Shown in pieces: positions 54,149-64,000 of a DNA stretch of 64,000 nt. The stretch lies in IMG/VR virus record IMGVR_UViG_3300032246_002986, positions 1-64,000 of that record. One strand, 5' to 3'. Source of the stretch: a virus. The notes under the pieces are model-generated. The model searched no databases, was not told the DNA's origin, and saw only the letters and a list, made by a program, of their open reading frames with translations. A program made the translations under genes and the position numbers. Every line of letters begins with the position of its first letter. Positions within the stretch are counted from its first letter, which is position 1.

Positions 54149-57100
54149 TTAATACGTGATGCTGCTGAGATTAATACCAGCACTGTTGATACCACTTAGA
54201 ACACCGCTGACAACCTGGACGTTGTCCACAGTAGCACAATTAATGAAGATTTCGTTGGGTAGACATCTGATTTCATACAAGCTACCGAAGTTCGCAGTGA
54301 TGTCCACTGGCACCAAGATGATGCTGCTGAGATGTCCGTCCATTTTTTGATGGATATATGCACTCAATTCGCTGAAATAAAATGTGCTACCGAAGTCCCA
54401 ATTTTCCAATGCGAAGTAGTTATTGATAGTATCGATGACTCGGCTTTTCAATTCCGTGTCACTGATAGTGGTGCCTGGGCTCTTGATGATCTGGAAATTG
54501 GCCTGTAGGCTTTTGGCGGATTTGCTGCCGAACAACAGCTTATACACACCGGCATTCAGGATCATCTCATCGCTCAACATCTTGTACTGGAATAGATCGC
54601 TGTAGCTGTTGTTGAGAGTTGTGGTATCCAGATCTGCTGGTTTGCTAACAGTACCTGTCAGATCCAGAACATAGTTTCTGTATTGCTCGTCATAACTGCG
54701 TGTGAGGATGTAGGTGTCGATCAGATTGCTGGGGGCAGGATCGATTCTTCTTGTGTTTTCTGCATTGTGCTGGTATTCGAATACCAGATTTTGTCTACCA
54801 CTGAATGCCAGATATTCATCAGATACATCTGTGAGGGAGTTCACTGCATTCGTGGTAGTGATCTGCCAAAACTTCTTGTCGGTTGTAGCATATAGCGTTT
54901 TGCCAGCTGAGAAATTATTACGCACAGTCAGGATATCGCTATATGTCTTATATGTGTAATTTACCACACCCAGATCCTGCAGGCTATATCTCACCAAGTT
55001 GTCTATATCCACGTATTTTTTAAAAAATACCTTGCCAGTGCCTGCATTGAGATTGGTGAATATCTCGGGATCGTTGGGCAGGTTACTGAGATTGTTAACA
55101 GGATAGGTAACTTCCACCCTGGTGCTGTCCAGATATCCATCAGATTCTATGATGTTTTTGTACACGTTGACGTTTATGTCGTTGAGCAACAAAGTATTGA
55201 CACTCAAGATCCTCACATTGTCTTTGACCAGAGTATTGGTGCTGCTGTCATACACTTTGGTAGGGTTGGTGTTGATGAAGGCTACCTGCCTGCTGCTACC
55301 GAAAACGAAATCTTGTTGACGGTAAGTCACGGTGTATTTGACACCATCCGTGTTGAATTTGAACAACCAACTGCTGTCGCTGCTGCCATATTGGCTGTTG
55401 AGATCGAAGTTGTTGTCACTGACTTTATTAATGGGGATGATAGTCCAAGGATCTGTGACACTGCTGGTTTTAGCGTAATCGTAAACCAGCGCGAATTCTG
55501 TCTTGTTTATGATGTAATTGGTCAGCGTGTTGATGGTGGTTATCTGGAAATTGGTGCTCCAGGGAGCATATACTTTTTCCAATATAGCACCAGTGGGGAT
55601 ATTATCGCTCAGCGTCACAGCGCCTATGTTACGTCCAGCTACCAGGACAGTAGTGGCACCTGTACCAGTGACGCTCTGTATATTGGTCCAGATGTACTGT
55701 TTGTCGGTCTCCAATGTGATAGCACCCTGAATTAGCGTATTGTTCACATCAAAATAGTAACCAGTGGGCGCACTGAATTTAACCAAACTGCCCACTTTCA
55801 GATATTGTCGCACACTCGTGGTGCTGGATCCTATGGGCATTATAGTTTTACTGGCGTCTAAAAAGAAACCTGTGCAACTGCTTACATCATTGGTACTGCG
55901 GCTCCAAGTAGTGAATGCCAGAGTGGGCATATACAGCGGAGTGTAATTTTCATAATAGAAGTGTTTTGTAGGGTTGCTGTTGAGCAAAGGCATTATGTTG
56001 TTGTCTATAACAGCCAGGATATCGTTCCTGCTGGTATATGTGAAATCGAAGCTCTGCAGATAGTTATTTTTGTAAAACACACCATCCTTGGCATAGATGT
56101 CGGTGCTGCTATATTTTCCAGTGGGATCAGTGATGTCCAATCCACGGCTGACGCCACTGGCAAAACGGTTGACGCTCTTGACTTTAACTATATCGCTATA
56201 AGTGGTGTAGGGCAGGATGTTGTAATCTTCTCCGTTGACCATACGATTCTGGGTATAATAAGCCTGCGGTGCCTTGGCTTTGATCTCATTTGTCAAATCC
56301 CTGCGGCTGCTGTTGCTGACAGTGTATTGCAAGCTGGCGTTGATGGTCAGTGTTTCTGTCCTGCCCAGCTTGCTCACATAAGGTATGGCCACTGTGACGC
56401 TGCTCATATCGCTGGGGCTGATGCGGTATGTCTGTCCATTGCTGATACGGTAATACACACGATAGTTGCCCAGTGGAATGTCAGCGAAACTGCCATCGCC
56501 GAATACCAGATCGATCTGATCGTTGATCCTGGTGTTTACGCTGTACAATGTGCGTATTCCACGAGCAGTGCTGTTGTAGATGGCATTGCTGCCAGCGGTG
56601 CTGGGTACCTGTGTCCACTGGTTACCTATAGTGCTATTATTGATTTCATACATCCAGATATCATTGTTATTGATATTCTGGTTGTTGATGCTGAACACAC
56701 GATTGGCTACTTTTTCCGTGATGCTGAAATCCAGGCTGGTCAATGTGCCTTGTTTGAAATACAAGAAAAATCCAGTGTTGGGACTGCTGTTGCCACGGCT
56801 GTCATTCTGATATACGAAGCCAAATTGTCCACGTGTGCCAGGATCCAATTCGCTGATGGTGTCAGTGGTCAATATGCTGGCACTCAACACTTCGAAATTC
56901 ATGGTGTTCTGGGCTACTAGACTGCTGAATCCGAACACAGGCAGTATGGTAGTGGGCACAGCAACATTATATTGCTCTGTACGCACACCATTGATTGTCT
57001 TGTTTGCATAGGGTTTGCCGATCTTTTGACCGCTGCCCAGTGCAGCATTGAACACTTGGGTCATCTGGCCTGCCCAATTGGCATTGTTGGCATCGTTCCA

Positions 57101-57523
57101 CACGATGTTCACACGGCTCAGATTCTGGTTATTGATGTCTGTGATGCTTTCAGTGGTGTTGATGCTCTGTATCTTTAAAAATCCACTGGCGCTGCGATTG
57201 CGGCTGGGATTATAATTCAACTGTTTTACCAGTTTCAATACACTGTCGCGTCTTTCAGCCGTTTCCAGGAAATTTTCTCTGGCATTCAAATCGGTCCTGA
57301 ACGCGATACTTTGTGCAGTGAATGCTATCAGATCCAACAGTGCCACATATTCTGAACTTTCGATGAAGTCGTTGAAATCTTCAGCATAATAGGTCTTGAT
57401 GTAATCTATCATGACTTTTCTGATAGTTTCAAAGTCATAACTCTGGAAATCTGCTTCACTAAAAGTGGTGTAGATTTTCTTCCAGTCTTCAGTCGCGAAT
57501 ATGTTGGTTTGTCTAGTTGCCAT
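54149..57523 (-). CDS. baseplate wedge protein (T4 gp6-like)
   Basis: SYDFETIR, RENFLETAERRDSV, FGDG, QNRMVNGEDY, WDFG.TFYFSEL. Confidence 0.85.
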   Translation of the reverse strand: MATRQTNIFATEDWKKIYTTFSEADFQSYDFETIRKVMIDYIKTYYAEDFNDFIESSEYVALLDLIAFTAQSIAFRTDLNARENFLETAERRDSVLKLVKQLNYNPSRNRSASGFLKIQSINTTESITDINNQNLSRVNIVWNDANNANWAGQMTQVFNAALGSGQKIGKPYANKTINGVRTEQYNVAVPTTILPVFGFSSLVAQNTMNFEVLSASILTTDTISELDPGTRGQFGFVYQNDSRGNSSPNTGFFLYFKQGTLTSLDFSITEKVANRVFSINNQNINNNDIWMYEINNSTIGNQWTQVPSTAGSNAIYNSTARGIRTLYSVNTRINDQIDLVFGDGSFADIPLGNYRVYYRISNGQTYRISPSDMSSVTVAIPYVSKLGRTETLTINASLQYTVSNSSRRDLTNEIKAKAPQAYYTQNRMVNGEDYNILPYTTYSDIVKVKSVNRFASGVSRGLDITDPTGKYSSTDIYAKDGVFYKNNYLQSFDFTYTSRNDILAVIDNNIMPLLNSNPTKHFYYENYTPLYMPTLAFTTWSRSTNDVSSCTGFFLDASKTIMPIGSSTTSVRQYLKVGSLVKFSAPTGYYFDVNNTLIQGAITLETDKQYIWTNIQSVTGTGATTVLVAGRNIGAVTLSDNIPTGAILEKVYAPWSTNFQITTINTLTNYIINKTEFALVYDYAKTSSVTDPWTIIPINKVSDNNFDLNSQYGSSDSSWLFKFNTDGVKYTVTYRQQDFVFGSSRQVAFINTNPTKVYDSSTNTLVKDNVRILSVNTLLLNDINVNVYKNIIESDGYLDSTRVEVTYPVNNLSNLPNDPEIFTNLNAGTGKVFFKKYVDIDNLVRYSLQDLGVVNYTYKTYSDILTVRNNFSAGKTLYATTDKKFWQITTTNAVNSLTDVSDEYLAFSGRQNLVFEYQHNAENTRRIDPAPSNLIDTYILTRSYDEQYRNYVLDLTGTVSKPADLDTTTLNNSYSDLFQYKMLSDEMILNAGVYKLLFGSKSAKSLQANFQIIKSPGTTISDTELKSRVIDTINNYFALENWDFGSTFYFSELSAYIHQKMDGHLSSIILVPVDITANFGSLYEIRCLPNEIFINCATVDNVQVVSGVLSGINSAGINLSSITY

Positions 57524-57541
57524 TTTTTAATTCACCCAGTG

Positions 57542-57548
57542 TATTTAT
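57542..57548 (-). promoter_or_regulatory. T4-late-like promoter motif
   Basis: ATAAATA upstream of ATG 57523. Confidence 0.55.
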
Positions 57549-57571
57549 TAGCTGAATTATATGCTCAGTTA

Positions 57572-57958
57572 TTAAATCACATACAATTTTTTTGTCTTGC
57601 TATCGAACAAAACATTGAGAGCTGCTTGTTTGTTATCTGGAGAGAATGTCAACTGGAAATTGAGCACCAGTCCACGACCATCCGGAGACTCTTGCACAGT
57701 GGTGTTTTGCACCACACTAAATCTGGGATCATAACTGATTATGCTGTCTATATTGGCTTTTATTTCTTGTTTGAGCGCATTTGTCAGTGGATCAAAAAGG
57801 CGATCCCATATGATACAACCGAAATCGGCTTTCATTAGTTTCTCGCCTTTCTTAATCTGCAGGTGATTCAAAAGGTCTTGTACTATCAGATCGTTATCCG
57901 ATACCCTGTAGCTTCCGAAGTCTCTGTTTACTGTGCTGTAACCGCGATATAATGACAT
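57572..57958 (-). CDS. baseplate protein gp25/GPW-like
   Basis: QDLLNHL..KKGEKLM..DFG.IIWD.LFDP...YDPR motif. Confidence 0.88.
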   Translation of the reverse strand: MSLYRGYSTVNRDFGSYRVSDNDLIVQDLLNHLQIKKGEKLMKADFGCIIWDRLFDPLTNALKQEIKANIDSIISYDPRFSVVQNTTVQESPDGRGLVLNFQLTFSPDNKQAALNVLFDSKTKKLYVI

Positions 57959-57962
57959 ATGA

Positions 57963-57968
57963 TATTTA
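57963..57968 (-). promoter_or_regulatory. late-like promoter motif, near-leaderless
   Basis: TAAATA 4 nt before ATG 57958. Confidence 0.45.
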
Positions 57969-57970
57969 CC

Positions 57971-60900
57971 TTAACACGCTGCCTTGCCATTCTGATCGCC
58001 CATCATCATGCTGCCAGGAGCATTGGGGCTACCATTATTGGAACCGTTTGCTCCTGGAGGAGGAGTATTGCCTGTGACAGGAGGTCCAAATCCAGCATCG
58101 CTGCCTGCTGCATCTCTCTGTACATCAGTCTGATCTGCTCTGGCTTCTGTACCACCAGTACCAGTGCCACTGCTGCTGCCGTCCCCAGTCACGCTGCTGG
58201 CCTGAGTTGTTTCACCGTTAGCGCCTTGTTCTCCCTGTGGTGTTGTGGTTGTGGTAGTAACAGGACCGCTGCCATTATCCACAGTTGTTCTTGTCACAGT
58301 ATTGCCATTACTATCGGTGGTGGTAATACTGCTACTACTACTGACCTGGGTTCCTGGGCTACCGCTTACCTGGGTAGTGACAGTCACACTACCGTCAGGA
58401 CTGGTGGTGGTAGTGGTATTATTGACCGGAGTACCGCCAGCACTGGTTGTTTCTTGCTGAGTGGAACCTGCACCGTTTATGTTGGTATTGGTGCTCACAT
58501 TATTGTTGTTGGATCCAGCATTGTTGTTTACGATTTCTTTGCCATCGGCATCTGTGATTTTGACACTGCTACTGCTGCTGCTGACACTGATATTGGTGGA
58601 TCCATCGTTATTGGTCTGCACACTCGTGCTGCTGCTTTGTATGACATTGCCCTGAGGATCAGTGGTCACTGTCGTGGTGTTGCCTTTGTTGTCATTGGTT
58701 GTCACTGTCTTGTTTCCGTCGCCATCATAACTGACTGAGCTAGAGGATTTGTTGGTGGCCACTGGCGTTCCATTATCCAGTTTCACATCGTCCACTTTAT
58801 AACTGCTTGCTTTACCTGTTTGGTCATAAGTGGTTACAGTTTTGGTACCGTTGTTAATATTAGTGACGCTCACGAGATTGCCATCTGCATTGGTTGTCAC
58901 TACAGTGAGACCTTCCTGGCCTAATGTGGTAACTTTGGTGCCACCAAAGTCGGTATTTTTTACATCCAAGATAGTATCTGTCTGTCCTGCATTACCGGGA
59001 TTAGAATATTTGGTGTCATTGGCATTTTCTGTGACATAATTGGTGTTGCGACTGGTTGTTTCAGTCTGAGAATTCACAGTCTGATAGGGGTCGGTCACTG
59101 TTGTGGTCACTCTGGTATCCACAGGTGGGGTATAGTCTACCGCCACTGTTTCAGTACCTGTGTTCGTGGCAGTGCTATCAGTGGCAGGTGGTAGTCCTGT
59201 TACTGGATCTACTACGCCTTCGTTGGTTTTGATATCGGCCGCGGCAGTGGCTTCCTGTTGGGCCACTGCGGTTTCTTTTTCGGCAACCAGTGCAGTCTCT
59301 CTTTCTTTACTTGCTGCCAGATCGGTCGTAGCTTCATTTTCCAATTTACGAGCTTGGTTACCTAAACTTTGGTTCTGACTGGTCAATGCTGCTGTTTGTG
59401 TTTTATAAGTGTCTGCATCAATCTTTCCGGTATCATACTGTTCCTGAACAGCTTCTTGTTTTGCTCTTACATCTGCCTGCTGCGCTCTCAAATCAGCTGC
59501 CTGTGCTTGTTTTTCCTCAGCTTGAGACTGGATTGCTTTTTCAGATTCGATCTTAGTATTAATCTCGTCCACTGATTTTTGTGCAGGCGGATCTAACTTA
59601 GTAGCACCATTTTCCTGCTCTACCTTCTGTGCGACAGTACCTTCGGGTTCCCCTTCCTTTTTTTCCGGATTGAGATCTCTGGCATCAGCAGGATTTGATG
59701 CAGACTTGGCACGATTTGCTTCGATCTCATCCAATTGGCTCTTTTTCATTGTTTCGCCACTGACCGGATCACGTACCATTGGATCGTTGGCATCCAATTT
59801 TTTCTGTGCCTCTTCTTTGAGCCTGATGGCTTCTGCGTTTTCCTTCTGTGCTCGTTCTGCACCTCGGATCATCACACCGTTGGGATTCTTGTCATTTGCC
59901 ACTTGCCTGTAAGCAAGAGCATTATTGCTATCAGATTTACCAGGTTGTTCATAGATCTTATGGGTGGATACACCATTACCTTTAGGCCAGTTCTGGTCCT
60001 GGACCAGTATGTACCTGCCGCGTTCGTCCTGTCCTTGGTCCAGATATACCGCTGCGTGGTTGCCGGTGTCCCTGTTGGCATAGCTGCCTTTGTCTAGTGT
60101 GGCGATGACCGCTCCTGGAGGTGGTGGATTGTCGAATATGTTTTGGCTGCTCGCCGGTCTCCAGGTGCTAACAACACCGCAATCCGAATTATAGAAAGGA
60201 TACATCACACATTGTCCGTTGCCCACGACCTTGCCCATCAGTTCTGGATTGGGAACGGAACCGCTGTATACAGCACTGGGAACGCTTGGGTTTATCCCAC
60301 TGCCACTGTTGGTGTTGTAATCGGTGCTGTAGTTGGCACTGGAACTCCAGTTGCCACCGCCGCTGGTACCCCCACTGACATTGATACTGCCGCCGTTGCT
60401 GCTGCCTCCTGAGAATAGATTGTTGACAGCTTTGTTCACATATCCTGTAGCGATACCAGTAACTTTATTGACTACAGTGCTTATGGCTGCATTTTTAACT
60501 ATATTCAACAGACTGCTGCTGCCTTTTTGGGCACTGGCAGTATAAACCGGACTGTAACCTCCGAAACCAAACTGCCCACTGCCGTTCTGCCAGGGTTTGG
60601 TAGTGGGAGCAATTGACTGGATCAGGTCAGTGGGAGCCACTCCCAGGCTCAGCGCACAACCGCCCAGTATCTGATTGTAGGTGTAAATTATCCTGCCTTG
60701 CACGAATTTTATCATTGCACTGATGAACGCCACACGGGTCTTGCCCTCTTTGAGGTTCACATAATCATTGGGCGCGATACCCACCAGGTTTTGTGTGAAT
60801 CGGGCCAGGCTTTTCACGTTGTTATCAGTGACATTTGCCTGCAGATACTTGGCTATCAGTTGGATGCAGGTGAGTTTATTGCCCGAGTAATAGCTGTCGA

Positions 60901-62977
60901 ACAGGCTGACGAATGCGGCTATGCCCTGTTCAGGCTTGGTATAGATGGCCAGGCTGTTGGCGAATCCCGCAGCGTATTTGTCATCAGGACCATATTGCAG
61001 ATTACCAGGATTGTTTTGCAATTCCCCTGCACTGTATTTGGCTTTATCTGCCGCGCTCTGTGTCTTGAGGCTCACATCGAAGCTGGCACCTGTACCGTAA
61101 CTGACATTCTGCAATGGTGTTGTGGTGCTGTAGTGTTGTGTCTTGGGATATTGTGGATTGCTGGTATTGTAGCTTTGCCCATTGTTGATCAAATTACTCA
61201 CTGCGGTCTTGATGGTTGCAGTAGCGATACCGTTAACCACGCTATTGACCACCTTACCGAAACCGAAGCTGCTGCCTTGGCCTGCGTTGCCGTTGTTGTA
61301 GGCAGCGGCGTTGGTGTTCATATTGCTGCCTGCATTGCCTCCGGTCTGGCCAGTGGCATCAGGGATAGCACTGTCGCGCAATGAACCGGTGCCTGCACTC
61401 GTGCCTATGTTGCCAGCATCGCTGGCTGCTGCCGCTGCCTGTGCTGCATCATTGCTGCTGCTCTGTGCAGTGTTGCTGCTCTGCCCTTCGAAACTGCCTT
61501 GCTGGCCATTGTTATATGTCACAGGGCCTATGTCGTTGGTCATTGATCCATAACTTTGTGGTGTCATACCGCTGCCGAAATTATTGGTGGCACCGAACTC
61601 TCCAGCTGCGCCGTCTGGCTGGCCATTAGTGGCTCCATATGTGGGCTGTGCTGCCGGATTTGCAACACCACCTGATCCGCCTCCGTTGGTGCCTTTGTGT
61701 CCGGTCCAAGGTTCTTTGGTGGGCATCTGCATAGGCATCATCGCGCCGCCAGCGTCCATTGCTTTGGTGGCCATGGTCGTCTGGATAGTGGTACAACTGC
61801 CTTTGACATTGATGATGCCGCCGCTGGCCACCTGCAAACATTTGTCGCCTGTGAGATAAGTGTTCATACCTTTCAGGTGCAAGCCCATCATGCCGCTGAT
61901 CTTGGTTGTGCCACCGCCTTTGATGTTGACATCTTTGCCTTCTATATTGACCGCCGCGTCGGATTTGATATCCACACTAGCTCCGTGTATCTTTATCCCA
62001 GCTTTGCTGTCCAGATTGATACCAGCCTGTGCATACATATTGACCTGTGCGCCGCTGTACACGTTGACATCGCCTTGTCCGTTCAATTCCACCCAAGCCG
62101 TGCCTTTGCTGTTGATGATGTACATGAAATCCTTGGTATCGTTCATCAGGATCATATGGCCGTTGCTGCTTCGCAGGCGGAACATACGGTTGTTGCCCTG
62201 TGCGTCACCATCATCCATCACGAATGTATGACCACCGCGCCTGCCTTTGGTCTGAGCACTGTATGTGACAGGATCCGGACCTTGATCGCTGCTGCCATCA
62301 TTGGGGTCAGGAGCGTTCTGTTCCACATTTTGCTGTATGGGTTGGCCTGGAGTGCTGATACCGAAAACACTGCTGGGTGTTTCGCGGAAAGCACTGCTGG
62401 TTCCTGGTCCACGATCAGGGTCCTGTAACAAGCCCTGTGTGCTCCAGATCTGTTTTTGTATGTCGTGGCTGGCTTTCTTGAGTGTATGTACACTTGCTAG
62501 CGCACTGGGGTCAGCGCCGTTATCATAATATTCTACCACAGGATCAGGACTGCTGTGATCCACACTGGCACTGATGCCTGGCAACATATGCAAGCTGGGC
62601 CATTCAGGCACACAGGCGAAATAATATCCCCTGGCTGGGTCACCATTGACAAACATACACATGACTTTGGTTTCCAGATCAGGAGGGGTGAACCACATAC
62701 CATAGCTGTGGGGCGCACTGGCAAAATCAGCGCCTTCCACTTTGTCTGTGACACCATAGAACGGCGTGCAGTAACTTACACTTCTCCAGCTGCTGTCATC
62801 ATCAGGGTCACCACCCAGTTCCGGGATCCAGACCTGCAATTTACCGCTACGCAGGGGATCGGTATTGCCTTTGACAATGCCTATGAAAGGCCCTGGGGCC
62901 ATCCTGACACCAGCTGCCGATTCGTGTACTGTATGACTTGCGGCTTTTCTAGCTTCTGTGTTTTGTAAGTTTGCCAT
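57971..62977 (-). CDS. gp5/VgrG-like baseplate spike with C-terminal enzymatic extensions
   Basis: N-terminal DPLRSGKLQVWIP...SYGMWF.PPD OB fold, GHTFVMDDGD, beta-helix repeats; NNPGNL domain; GNGQCV...NHAAVYL Cys/His hydrolase; coiled coil; Thr-rich repeats. Confidence 0.85.
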   Translation of the reverse strand: MANLQNTEARKAASHTVHESAAGVRMAPGPFIGIVKGNTDPLRSGKLQVWIPELGGDPDDDSSWRSVSYCTPFYGVTDKVEGADFASAPHSYGMWFTPPDLETKVMCMFVNGDPARGYYFACVPEWPSLHMLPGISASVDHSSPDPVVEYYDNGADPSALASVHTLKKASHDIQKQIWSTQGLLQDPDRGPGTSSAFRETPSSVFGISTPGQPIQQNVEQNAPDPNDGSSDQGPDPVTYSAQTKGRRGGHTFVMDDGDAQGNNRMFRLRSSNGHMILMNDTKDFMYIINSKGTAWVELNGQGDVNVYSGAQVNMYAQAGINLDSKAGIKIHGASVDIKSDAAVNIEGKDVNIKGGGTTKISGMMGLHLKGMNTYLTGDKCLQVASGGIINVKGSCTTIQTTMATKAMDAGGAMMPMQMPTKEPWTGHKGTNGGGSGGVANPAAQPTYGATNGQPDGAAGEFGATNNFGSGMTPQSYGSMTNDIGPVTYNNGQQGSFEGQSSNTAQSSSNDAAQAAAAASDAGNIGTSAGTGSLRDSAIPDATGQTGGNAGSNMNTNAAAYNNGNAGQGSSFGFGKVVNSVVNGIATATIKTAVSNLINNGQSYNTSNPQYPKTQHYSTTTPLQNVSYGTGASFDVSLKTQSAADKAKYSAGELQNNPGNLQYGPDDKYAAGFANSLAIYTKPEQGIAAFVSLFDSYYSGNKLTCIQLIAKYLQANVTDNNVKSLARFTQNLVGIAPNDYVNLKEGKTRVAFISAMIKFVQGRIIYTYNQILGGCALSLGVAPTDLIQSIAPTTKPWQNGSGQFGFGGYSPVYTASAQKGSSSLLNIVKNAAISTVVNKVTGIATGYVNKAVNNLFSGGSSNGGSINVSGGTSGGGNWSSSANYSTDYNTNSGSGINPSVPSAVYSGSVPNPELMGKVVGNGQCVMYPFYNSDCGVVSTWRPASSQNIFDNPPPPGAVIATLDKGSYANRDTGNHAAVYLDQGQDERGRYILVQDQNWPKGNGVSTHKIYEQPGKSDSNNALAYRQVANDKNPNGVMIRGAERAQKENAEAIRLKEEAQKKLDANDPMVRDPVSGETMKKSQLDEIEANRAKSASNPADARDLNPEKKEGEPEGTVAQKVEQENGATKLDPPAQKSVDEINTKIESEKAIQSQAEEKQAQAADLRAQQADVRAKQEAVQEQYDTGKIDADTYKTQTAALTSQNQSLGNQARKLENEATTDLAASKERETALVAEKETAVAQQEATAAADIKTNEGVVDPVTGLPPATDSTATNTGTETVAVDYTPPVDTRVTTTVTDPYQTVNSQTETTSRNTNYVTENANDTKYSNPGNAGQTDTILDVKNTDFGGTKVTTLGQEGLTVVTTNADGNLVSVTNINNGTKTVTTYDQTGKASSYKVDDVKLDNGTPVATNKSSSSVSYDGDGNKTVTTNDNKGNTTTVTTDPQGNVIQSSSTSVQTNNDGSTNISVSSSSSSVKITDADGKEIVNNNAGSNNNNVSTNTNINGAGSTQQETTSAGGTPVNNTTTTTSPDGSVTVTTQVSGSPGTQVSSSSSITTTDSNGNTVTRTTVDNGSGPVTTTTTTPQGEQGANGETTQASSVTGDGSSSGTGTGGTEARADQTDVQRDAAGSDAGFGPPVTGNTPPPGANGSNNGSPNAPGSMMMGDQNGKAAC

Positions 62978-62995
62978 TTTAGTTCACCTATATTA

Positions 62996-64000
62996 TTATG
63001 GTTGTAAATTATCTTCCGAATACCCAGGACTGGTATTAATGGGCAAGGGAGGTAGTGCAGAACCGCCATACCCTGGCGGATTGGGTACGATAGTCTTGTT
63101 GTTGGCTTTTTCTGCCGTGGGATTGGTATTTCTATCAGAACTGACCACGACTTTTTCGTCTGATCTAACTTTAACCGTGGTGCTTTCCGTCTGATTCCTG
63201 GTGCGGACATTCAACAACTTCTGAGTGAACTTGCCTCTCTGGAAATAACTGGTGACCTGTATCACGTTATATGTGCCGCTGAATGTGCTGTAGGCACCAT
63301 CCTGATTGAACAAGCCGCTCTGATCATCGTAGTCGGTATTGGGGGTGCGGAAAAAGAAATTGAAATATGTTTCTCTAGTGAAATTGACGCTGCCGTTACC
63401 TATATAGGGACTGGGTCCGATTTCCGGTCCAAACAACACAGTGTCCTGGTCTATCCAATCGGGATCTCCCACTATGGTTATATCCAGTTGTATCATATCA
63501 GCGTCATTATCGAACAACTTGTTCATCAATTCGCCCACGGCGATATTGCTCTGATTGATAGTGGTGGGACCAGTGTTCTGTTGGTTGGCTAGGCCTCGTG
63601 TGTATAGATATTTGGGCTTGCTCCATCTGGGATCAGTGGAACCATCATATTTGTCAGGCGCTGGTGGTGTATCTGATCCTGGAGTTTCATTGGTCTTATT
63701 GATGTAATTGGTGGGTACACCGTTTTTCAATTCGAAAAACGCCATCTTGTACTCTATGCCCACATTGATGACATCTTTGTTGTCACCAGTATAGATGTAA
63801 TTGTACTGTTTGACGATATCGCTGCTTGCTGGTGGTTTCTGCCCGAAACCCTGTGCATCTTGTCCCAGGATCTGGTATGGTGTCACGACGAATCTCACAG
63901 TGCGCTGGTAATAATTGGTAGCTGGATCCACGGGCCCCCATTTGACCACAGGATTTATCTTGTAAGTATACAAGGGTTGATCCTTATTGGCACCATCTGG
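62996..64000 (-). CDS. baseplate hub-like protein (gp27-like, 5'-truncated by window)
   Basis: YNYIYTGDN, LDITIVGDPDWI, FSGTYNVIQVTSYF..GKFTQKL; upstream of the gp5-like gene; frame open to the window end. Confidence 0.7.
   Translation of the reverse strand, partial: PDGANKDQPLYTYKINPVVKWGPVDPATNYYQRTVRFVVTPYQILGQDAQGFGQKPPASSDIVKQYNYIYTGDNKDVINVGIEYKMAFFELKNGVPTNYINKTNETPGSDTPPAPDKYDGSTDPRWSKPKYLYTRGLANQQNTGPTTINQSNIAVGELMNKLFDNDADMIQLDITIVGDPDWIDQDTVLFGPEIGPSPYIGNGSVNFTRETYFNFFFRTPNTDYDDQSGLFNQDGAYSTFSGTYNVIQVTSYFQRGKFTQKLLNVRTRNQTESTTVKVRSDEKVVVSSDRNTNPTAEKANNKTIVPNPPGYGGSALPPLPINTSPGYSEDNLQP

Noticed and set aside
58200-58950. CRISPR array or DNA tandem repeat
   Set aside because: Repeats exist only at the protein level (Thr-rich) with degenerate codons; no identical repeats with spacers

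Overview
This window is a 64-kb segment of a large, probably jumbo, T4-superfamily-like myovirus genome, with two convergent halves that meet at about 15.8 kb. The + strand (1-15841) holds early/metabolic genes: 7-deazaguanine enzymes (folE partial, queD, queE), an FTR1-like iron permease, a T4-type RNase H, a MoxR-like AAA+ ATPase with an HExxH-vWA partner, DHFR, thymidylate synthase, an NDP-sugar epimerase/dehydratase and a DegT-family aminotransferase. Several of these sit behind sigma70-like TTGACA-N16-TATATT promoters. The - strand (64000-31039) holds the virion module: hub, a 1668-aa gp5/VgrG-like spike with two likely peptidoglycan-hydrolase domains, gp25, gp6-like wedge, a 4832-aa structural protein and several fibre paralogs, marked by T4-late-like ATAAATA motifs. 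The most striking element is a ~15-kb, tightly coupled - strand operon (31003-15778) behind a perfect sigma70 promoter. It encodes four glycosyltransferase-like proteins and seven tandem N-terminal-Twitch radical SAM enzymes, and it converges on the amino-sugar genes, making it a candidate undescribed phage glycan or nucleic-acid tailoring pathway. Candidate RNA structures include a preQ1-like pseudoknot before queD, an HDV-like-topology RNA after the AAA gene and a T4-style RBS-sequestering hairpin. All calls come from reading motifs by eye; no searches were run.
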